A DNA stretch of 64,000 bases from an uncultured Heliobacteriaceae bacterium (GTDB lineage Bacteria; Acidobacteriota; Blastocatellia; RBC074): assembly GCA_964631865.1 (NCBI GenBank), contig CAZWAK010000010.1, positions 10,949 to 74,948 on the forward strand. The letters run 5' to 3'. This document shows positions 57,577-64,000 of the stretch, in pieces (position 1 is the first letter of the stretch; the number at the start of each line of letters is the position of its first letter). A program made the translations under genes and the position numbers. Below the pieces are notes generated by a model that saw nothing but the letters and a program-made list of their open reading frames with translations, was not told the DNA's origin and ran no database searches.

Positions 57577-59535
57577 CTATTTCTTCGCCAACACCACTGG
57601 CGCAACCTCAACGCCGCGCATCCTCCCAAAGAAATCCCGCACAATTGGATACAACGCCGCTGGGATCGTGGTCGCTTTGACTTCCAAATGACGAGTGAAA
57701 ATCAAGTGGCCATCTTTGACTTCAAAGTTCGCGCTGTACTTGCCGAACGGCATCTCCAACTTCGCCGCGTCGGGCATTTCATCCACTTCAAATCCTTCCG
57801 GTAATTTCACGCGCACCGTTTCGCTGAAGGCTTCGGATTCGAGCACCAACGGATGTTTGCGTTTCGGCTCGGTCAGATCGAGGCCGAAGCGATGCGACAC
57901 GAGCGCGGGTTTGAAAACCAGCAATTGACCGCGCATGGATTGCGCATATTCCTGCGCGACGAATTCGACATCGAGCGCGAACCTGCCTTCGGCGTGCTGA
58001 TCGGCGGGTTCGACTTTGGACACGTTCGCGCCCGTGATGCCGCGCGTGATCCAACGTTCGATGCGTTTGGTGTAGTCGGGTCTGGCTAAGGCTTTGAATA
58101 AACGGCGCTCGTTGACGGCGGCTTGGCCGATGGAACGTTCGCTGATTTTCGCGTTGATGTGGCCGCTCGCCGTGAGTGTGACATCGGCCTGGCGCACGAG
58201 CTTGTTGGCTTCGGGCGGCGTCGTGGGCATCCGCATCAACTGCCCGTCGTTATTGGCGACGATCAATGCCAGACTGCCTTGCTCGTGGTCGGGCAAATCG
58301 CCGACAGGCGTGTCTTCGTCCGTCGCGTCAAAGATCAACAGCCGTCCTAATTTCGGATGCGTGATGATCGTCGGGGCTTTGGTTTCGTCGCTGACTTTGA
58401 CGGCGATGATGCAGTGATTGAATTGACCGGGCGACGGCCATTCTTCGCGCACGAACGTGGGATCGCCGGAATAAATCACGACCGGATACGCGGCGATGTT
58501 GAGCGCCTTGAGCATCGCGCGCATCAGGTTGGCTTTGTCTTTGCAATCGCCGTACGACTTCTTGAAGACTTCGAGCGACGAATGCGGGCGATAGCCGCCG
58601 CCGCGGCCCGCGCCAATCTGAATCGAAACGTATTTGATGCCCTGCGCGTAGCGACCAATGGCTTGAATCTTCTCGAATTCGGTTTTGGCGTTGGCCGTGA
58701 TTTCGCGCGCTTTGCCCGCCAGCGCGTCGTCCAATTGCACTTGCGGATCGGACAGTTCGCTCAGGTAGCGCGACACGTCCGTCCAGCTTTCAAACGTGCG
58801 CAGCAGCCCGGCGCTTTTGCCGGCGGGCGGAAAAATGCGGACGACCATGCGCGGAATCAGGTTGGCCATGCTGGGGCTGCCGGATTCGGGTTTGATGCCG
58901 TCCAGATTGCGCGCCTGCCACATGAACGTTGAACCATTCACCGTCGGCTCAATTTTCGGATGATTGAAAACCACGCCTTCCGCGCGCCAGCCTGTCGGCA
59001 CGGTCACGCTGATGCCTGACGACAAGACGGGGTGCGAATCGCCGAAGCCCCAGGGGAAATACGCGAAAATGTCTTTCGTCTCGACGACGATTTCGTAGCC
59101 GAAAACTGCGCCGGGTTCGGCATCGTCTTTGCCGGAAATCATGCGGCGGCGCGCTTCGTCGTAGACATCGTTGTCGTTGGCCACGCCGTCAATCGTTTGG
59201 TCTTTGCCGTACTTGATGACCTGACCGTTCGGGCGCAACATCCATGCGCGCATGTCTTTCACTTTTTCCGAATCGGTGTTGTAGATCGTGACGGCGGAGG
59301 CTTCGCCGCGACCGTCGCGCGAAAGGATGCGGACGGCGTGGGTGGTGATGGTAACGACCTTGCCGCTTTCATCCACCGTCACACGCGCTTCGTCGTGCAA
59401 CGTGACGGCGGTGACGTCTTTGTCATACGTGGGAACAGTCGTCGTCGCTGCTTGTCGCAACCACGCCGGAACGTCGTCGCCCGCGAATACGGGCGCGGCG
59501 AAAATCAAGAGCGTCAAAATCAGGCGGATGCGCAT
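57577..59535 (-). CDS. DUF3857/DUF3858-type transglutaminase-like cysteine protease superfamily protein (secreted)
   Basis: Signal peptide; transglutaminase core GDCKDKANLMRAMLKALNI with downstream H (FNHCIIAV) and D. Confidence 0.75.
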   Translation of the reverse strand: MRIRLILTLLIFAAPVFAGDDVPAWLRQAATTTVPTYDKDVTAVTLHDEARVTVDESGKVVTITTHAVRILSRDGRGEASAVTIYNTDSEKVKDMRAWMLRPNGQVIKYGKDQTIDGVANDNDVYDEARRRMISGKDDAEPGAVFGYEIVVETKDIFAYFPWGFGDSHPVLSSGISVTVPTGWRAEGVVFNHPKIEPTVNGSTFMWQARNLDGIKPESGSPSMANLIPRMVVRIFPPAGKSAGLLRTFESWTDVSRYLSELSDPQVQLDDALAGKAREITANAKTEFEKIQAIGRYAQGIKYVSIQIGAGRGGGYRPHSSLEVFKKSYGDCKDKANLMRAMLKALNIAAYPVVIYSGDPTFVREEWPSPGQFNHCIIAVKVSDETKAPTIITHPKLGRLLIFDATDEDTPVGDLPDHEQGSLALIVANNDGQLMRMPTTPPEANKLVRQADVTLTASGHINAKISERSIGQAAVNERRLFKALARPDYTKRIERWITRGITGANVSKVEPADQHAEGRFALDVEFVAQEYAQSMRGQLLVFKPALVSHRFGLDLTEPKRKHPLVLESEAFSETVRVKLPEGFEVDEMPDAAKLEMPFGKYSANFEVKDGHLIFTRHLEVKATTIPAALYPIVRDFFGRMRGVEVAPVVLAKK

Positions 59536-59586
59536 GGATGAACCTCCATAGGGAGTAGCGCGATTTGGCCAATCGCGTTACGGTTC

Positions 59587-61563
59587 TCACTTGGTTGCGG
59601 TCGCGGCGTTGTATTTCAACGTCACTTGATGATTGTCCTGCTTGTGCAGCAGATCGAAGACCTGCTTCAAGGCCGCATACGACTCGACCGGAAACACCAT
59701 GCCGTTGAGTTTGAGCGTGCGGTCATAAATCAGCATCTTGCCGTCCGGCGCAGCTTTCAAGGACACGTTGTATTTGACCACATCGTTGGCATTGAACGAT
59801 CCCGGAGCCTCTGCATTATCCAGCGCGAACCCCGCGGGCAAAGCGATCTCGACGTGGCTCGCTTCGACGTACGGGTACTCGAAGTACACGGGATATTTGC
59901 GTTGCGCGTTGGTGAAAAACGCCGCTTCGCCGAATTGGAAAAACGCCGGTTGCAGGAACAAACGTTTGCCCGTGCGGGTGGCGTAGTTTTCGACTTTGAT
60001 GTGGAACGAATAGGTGAACGGTTTGAAGGGATCGGTCACATTGTCAATTTTGATGTTGCTGACTTCCACCGCGCCGAGGTGGTTTTTGATGATGGTCTTG
60101 AGGATTTCTTCGCGTTTTTCGGGCGTTTCATCGTCGTTTTCTTCTTTCATAAACGCGGCGCGATGACCGGTGAATTCGATGAACGCATCACCTTCCAACG
60201 TGCCTTCTTCATTCAGCGTGAATTTGCCGATGGTTCGTTCCAGCGATTTTTCCGGCGCGGAAATCGGCAGGTCAACGAAGGTCGGTTCTTTCGGATCGGT
60301 CAACAACGCTTTCAAGCCTTCATGTTTCCACGGCAACATGCCGTACGGCACATACAGCATGTGCGGCGCAAAGAATTGCCAACCGCTCTCAGCCTTCACC
60401 GCGATCACGCGATCATCCAGAAAATAATCGTTGGGAAAGTTGGGATCGAAGAAGTTTTCGCTGCGGTCTGAAACAAGCGCCACGCGCGTTTCAAAGCCGA
60501 CGGCAGACGCGAGCGCGGCGAACAGCAAATCCATATCGCGCGCCGTGCCGATGCCGTTTTTGAGCGTGTCGGCGGGTGATTTGTTTTCCTTGATCTTCTT
60601 GCGATCTTCGTCGGTCAACGCGAGCGCATCGTCGAAGAGATATTTGATCTTCGTGCGGCAATAGGCCAACAAGCGTTCAAGCTTCTGATCGTTCGTCGTC
60701 GCATCGCCGATGGCTTCAGTTGCGGCTTTGCGCACGTCGTCGCTCACTTTCATCAGCCCTTTGACTTCATTGAATTCTTTCTTGCCGAGTTCTTTCCAGT
60801 ATTTCTCCGCATCCACTTTCGATTCGGTCGAGTAATACAACAGCATCCACGCGCGCACCTGATTTTCAGGAATCATGTACGGTTCTTCCTTGAAAGCCGG
60901 GACGTTGCTGAGCGATGTCATTTGAAAATCACGTTCTTTGACGAGCGGCGTTGGGTTGCAGTGAAACGATTTCGACCACAACCGATACGTGTCGCTGGCC
61001 AGCGGCTTCACATAATATTTGACGATTTGCACCGGGATGTCCTGCTGAAATTCCAGGCGCGTGTGGAAGTAGGTCGGACGCGATTCGCGGTAGCGATATT
61101 CGATGATCGCGCCCGGTTCGACGCCCGGCAGCGCAAACGATTTGGCTTTGAGTTTGAGCTTGCCGAATTTGACGATGGTGCGCTCGAAGACCGCGTCTTT
61201 TTTGAGTTCAATGATTTCGCCGTTCGGTTTGATCGTGCGGCCTTGAATCGCGCTGATATTGGTGCTGCCCAGGTACGGCAGGTCAATCGTGCTTTTCTGT
61301 TCTTTGCCGCGCTCGGTGAAAATCTTGATGCGCAGGTAATGCGTCAGCACGGTTTGCCCTGCGCCATAGCTATCACGTTCGTCGGCGACTTTGACTTCCC
61401 AAAAGATCGCTTCGGCATCGGCGTCTTTTTCGACGACCGGCGTTTTCATCGTCAAATGCGCCGGATCGAGCGGCTTCCAATCATCGCCCGCAAAACAAAC
61501 GAACGAACAGGCCAGGGTAAAAAGCAGTGGCTGAACAAAGCGGCGGTACAACATTAGGATCAT
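59587..61563 (-). CDS. DUF3857-type transglutaminase-like paralog, catalytic Cys apparently replaced (GTARD in place of GDCKD)
   Basis: Alignable to 57577..59535 across N-domain and core; annotated ORF start (61797) runs through heptamer repeats, real start set at MILMLYRRF (61563) with signal peptide. Confidence 0.65.
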   Translation of the reverse strand: MILMLYRRFVQPLLFTLACSFVCFAGDDWKPLDPAHLTMKTPVVEKDADAEAIFWEVKVADERDSYGAGQTVLTHYLRIKIFTERGKEQKSTIDLPYLGSTNISAIQGRTIKPNGEIIELKKDAVFERTIVKFGKLKLKAKSFALPGVEPGAIIEYRYRESRPTYFHTRLEFQQDIPVQIVKYYVKPLASDTYRLWSKSFHCNPTPLVKERDFQMTSLSNVPAFKEEPYMIPENQVRAWMLLYYSTESKVDAEKYWKELGKKEFNEVKGLMKVSDDVRKAATEAIGDATTNDQKLERLLAYCRTKIKYLFDDALALTDEDRKKIKENKSPADTLKNGIGTARDMDLLFAALASAVGFETRVALVSDRSENFFDPNFPNDYFLDDRVIAVKAESGWQFFAPHMLYVPYGMLPWKHEGLKALLTDPKEPTFVDLPISAPEKSLERTIGKFTLNEEGTLEGDAFIEFTGHRAAFMKEENDDETPEKREEILKTIIKNHLGAVEVSNIKIDNVTDPFKPFTYSFHIKVENYATRTGKRLFLQPAFFQFGEAAFFTNAQRKYPVYFEYPYVEASHVEIALPAGFALDNAEAPGSFNANDVVKYNVSLKAAPDGKMLIYDRTLKLNGMVFPVESYAALKQVFDLLHKQDNHQVTLKYNAATATK

Positions 61564-61680
61564 CCTCCAAAGGCTGAAATGGTTGCGGGGCGCGTGAAGA
61601 AGAGCTGAGACAACTAACTTTGGGGTGTCCGGCAGAGCAGATATTAGACCGGGTACGGAGGCGAGGGCAATAGAAATTTT

Positions 61681-61786
61681 GGTGGTCGGTGGCTGGTGGT
61701 CGGTGGTCGGTGGCCGGTAGAAGTCAGAAGTCAGAAGTCGGAAGCCATCGTGTGCTACTGACGAGCTACCAACCACCGACCACCAA
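61681..61786. repeat. heptamer arrays (GGTGGTC)x5 + (GAAGTCA)x3 and inverted partner CCAACCACCGACCACC (hairpin)
   Basis: read directly. Confidence 0.8.
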
Positions 61787-63151
61787 TTACTCATCATCCC
61801 GATAAATCTTCAACTTGTTATGCAGCGTCTTGAGGCTGATGTGGAGCGCGTCGGCGGTGCGCGTTTTGTTGTTGCCGGTTTTGATGAGCGTTTTGAGAAT
61901 CAATTGGCGTTCGGCTTCATCGAGTGGAATCGGGATCGGGAGGGTGATGGAATCTTCGTCGCGCATCGAACGCCCATCAAACAGTTGCGGTGGCAAATGG
62001 CGGCGTTCAATCGTGAGGTCATCGCACACCACGACTGCGTGTTCGACCACGTTGCGCAACTCACGCACGTTGCCCGGCCAAGGGTACCGCACGAGGGCTT
62101 CCAACGCATTCGGAGAAACCACGCGCGCCGTGCGCGAATGCCGTTCGCGCAGCGTGTCCACCATATATTGCACCAGCAACGGGATGTCATCGCGGCGTTC
62201 GCGCAGCGGTGGTAATTCCAGGTGAATCACGTTCAAGCGATACAACAAATCTTCGCGCAGCAAATTGTCGCGCACGGCTTTGTGCGGGTCTTTGTTCGTC
62301 GCGGCCAGCACGCGCACGTCCACGGCAATTTCTTTGCTTCCGCCCACGCGGCGCACCGAGCGGTCTTCCAACACACGCAGCAGCTTGGCTTGCAACGTGA
62401 TGGGCATTTCCGCGATTTCATCCAGAAACAACGTGCCGCCGTTCGCCATCTCAAAACAGCCTTCGCGCCGCACAATCGCGCCCGTGAACGAACCTTTCTC
62501 GTGCCCAAACAATTCGGATTCCATCAGGGTTTCCGGGATCGCCGAGCAGTTGATCGGAATGAAGGCGTTGGCGACGCGCGGGCTGAGTTGATGGATGGTT
62601 TGCGCGACCAAATCTTTGCCCGTGCCCGACTCGCCCGTAATCAGCACGGACACGGCGGAGTTCGCGATTTGCTCAATCGTGGCATAGAGCTGCCGCATGG
62701 CGTGCGATGACCCGACCAGTTTGCCGAAGACGCCGTGTTCGCTGAGTTGGCGACGCAGTTGCACGTTTTCGCGTTGCACGGCGGAACGTTCCATCGCGCG
62801 TTGCAACACGACGCTGAGTTGGCGCGTATTAATCGGTTTCTCGAAATAATAAAACGCGCCTTCCTCCATCACCGCACGCATCGCGCCTTCGATGCTGGCT
62901 TGTCCCGTCAGCAGAATCACAGCCGTTTCAGGAAACGAGTCCTGTAGGCGCGCGAGCAGCCCGAAGCCGTCCAGACGCGGCATAAAAATATCGCTGATGA
63001 CAATGGTCGGCTGAAACTCGGTAGCGACTTGCCAAGCCTCTTCGCCGTCCGCCGCGACTTGTGTTTCGTAGCCCCAATCCGACACCAGTTCGCTCAAGCC
63101 CGTGCGCGCCGCCGGTTCGTCATCCACAATCAACACTTTTGCTTTCGTCAT
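61787..63151 (-). CDS. sigma-54-dependent Fis-family response regulator (NtrC-like: REC + AAA+ sigma-54 activator + HTH)
   Basis: REC Asp in VISDIFMP; Walker [15 protein letters not shown] sigma-54 contact motif, arginine fingers; C-terminal HTH. Confidence 0.9.
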   Translation of the reverse strand: MTKAKVLIVDDEPAARTGLSELVSDWGYETQVAADGEEAWQVATEFQPTIVISDIFMPRLDGFGLLARLQDSFPETAVILLTGQASIEGAMRAVMEEGAFYYFEKPINTRQLSVVLQRAMERSAVQRENVQLRRQLSEHGVFGKLVGSSHAMRQLYATIEQIANSAVSVLITGESGTGKDLVAQTIHQLSPRVANAFIPINCSAIPETLMESELFGHEKGSFTGAIVRREGCFEMANGGTLFLDEIAEMPITLQAKLLRVLEDRSVRRVGGSKEIAVDVRVLAATNKDPHKAVRDNLLREDLLYRLNVIHLELPPLRERRDDIPLLVQYMVDTLRERHSRTARVVSPNALEALVRYPWPGNVRELRNVVEHAVVVCDDLTIERRHLPPQLFDGRSMRDEDSITLPIPIPLDEAERQLILKTLIKTGNNKTRTADALHISLKTLHNKLKIYRDDE

Positions 63152-63154
63152 AAC

Positions 63155-63817
63155 TCAAGCCTCAAAAATTCGGGCAGGGGTGATGTGCAGGAATTCCAAG
63201 CCTGGCGCAGGCAATTTGCGACGGCCTTTGCAATGTTCGCGTTTGGCATATTGCCCATCGCGCGGCTGCGTATGAACCCACACGCTTTTGTCGCGGCGAT
63301 CTACGACCCAGTACGTCGGAATCTCCAGCGTCGCGTAAATATCAGGCTTGCGAAGCAAGTCCCGATCAATTTCGCGCTGGCTCGAAATCGAAATCACTTC
63401 GACCACGAGCAGGGCGGGCGGGCGACGATTGGTTTGCAAATAATCGCGATACCGAATGGCGAGATCAGGGCCAACCTGGCTGGGGCCGCGCACGCCTTCG
63501 CGCGCCCACAGTTCTTGCATCTCAGTCGGCACCGCAAGCCAGCAGCTTTGGCTGAGTTGACAATTCAATGCCGCAATTTCAGCCGCGTGCGCGATGAGGA
63601 GTTCCAGCAACAGATCGCTTTTTTCGATGTGAAAATTATCAGGAGGCGGGGCCATTTCGATTTCTCCGTTGATAAGTTCAAGTCGTTCGTCCGGCAGCGC
63701 GGCAGCAATTTCTTCAAACTCCTCCAGCGTTACGATGCGTCTGAGCGCAGCCTCATTGCGCCCGTTTCCATTGAGCAAGTGACGTGCTGTTGTGATGTCT
63801 TGTAAAGCTGCAACCAT
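63155..63817 (-). CDS. Uma2 family (DUF820) PD-(D/E)XK restriction-endonuclease-like protein
   Basis: ELINGEIEMAPP ... PDLAI ... LLVVEVISISS...D...KPDIYATLEIPTYWVVD matches Uma2 consensus. Confidence 0.8.
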   Translation of the reverse strand: MVAALQDITTARHLLNGNGRNEAALRRIVTLEEFEEIAAALPDERLELINGEIEMAPPPDNFHIEKSDLLLELLIAHAAEIAALNCQLSQSCWLAVPTEMQELWAREGVRGPSQVGPDLAIRYRDYLQTNRRPPALLVVEVISISSQREIDRDLLRKPDIYATLEIPTYWVVDRRDKSVWVHTQPRDGQYAKREHCKGRRKLPAPGLEFLHITPARIFEA

Positions 63818-63859
63818 AAATGTCCCTCCGCAATGTATCTTTGAGGCAGCGATTATAAA

Positions 63860-64000
63860 TCACAACACGATTCCTGACATCGCCAGAATCAGCAACAACG
63901 CGCGTTCGTAACCGATTTCTCGTCCCGTCGGATCGTACCATTCGCTCAAGCGATGTGCGTCGCCGCCTTTGCCGCCTGCGCCAATCGTGATGGCGGGGAT
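63860..64000 (-). CDS. C-terminal 46 codons of an unidentified protein running out of the window (possibly M20/M28-type metallohydrolase)
   Basis: ...IPAITIGAGGKGGDAHRLSEWYDPTGREIGYERALLLILAMSGIVL-stop; too short to classify. Confidence 0.25.
   Translation of the reverse strand: MPAITIGAGGKGGDAHRLSEWYDPTGREIGYERALLLILAMSGIVL

Overview
This is a high-GC (~57-60%) bacterial chromosomal window; the gene content (ClC channel, Ysc84 lipoproteins, DUF3857 transglutaminases, sigma-54 regulator, Wza/Wzc) suggests an Acidobacteria-like soil bacterium, but that is a low-confidence inference. The 5' end (0.4-2.7 kb) carries a minus-strand operon of an ABC-type AAA_21 ATPase plus a DUF4276-like protein interrupted by an in-frame TAG, which is a candidate phage-defence module. 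Positions 2.7-13 kb hold envelope and housekeeping genes: M15 peptidase, two tandem Ysc84-domain lipoproteins, ClC antiporter with CBS domains, an S1/P1-like nuclease, and a TPR protein. From 13.5 to 48 kb lies a large Wzx/Wzy-type polysaccharide locus. It comprises Wza export protein, Wzc BY-kinase, DegT aminotransferases, a complete pseudaminic-acid-like nonulosonic acid pathway (PseB, PseC, PseG, PseI, PseH-like GNAT, and a cytidylyltransferase fused to a class-III aminotransferase), plus a formyltransferase and an acetamidino-forming amidotransferase/HisH/HisF trio. It continues with Wzx, Wzy, GT4, PglC-like initiating transferase, Gmd/Fcl (GDP-fucose) and a WbpM/PglF dehydratase. The Pse/Wzx/Wzy core is distinctly lower in GC, down to ~35-45%. 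Inserted in this locus (17-24 kb) is an accessory island with >15 copies of a ~115-140 bp MITE-like element (TIR GCCACGAATTCCACGAAT / ATTCGTGGAATTCGTGGC, often in tandem), a GxxExxY protein, two VapBC pairs, a DUF433/DUF5615 pair, and a 156-aa hypothetical gene with two repeat-truncated paralogous fragments. A second mosaic (48-52.7 kb) contains heptanucleotide tandem arrays, an Rpn/YhgA-like PD-(D/E)XK transposase copy split by a VapBC cassette, a duplicated 430-bp 3' fragment of the WbpM gene, and an AAA_35 ATPase with a C-terminal PD-(D/E)XK domain. The 3' end encodes a FAD oxidoreductase (LhgO-like), a secreted VWA protein, a metallophosphoesterase, two tandem DUF3857 transglutaminase-like paralogs (the second lacking the catalytic Cys), a sigma-54 response regulator and a Uma2 endonuclease. 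No rRNA, tRNA or CRISPR arrays were recognisable by eye.
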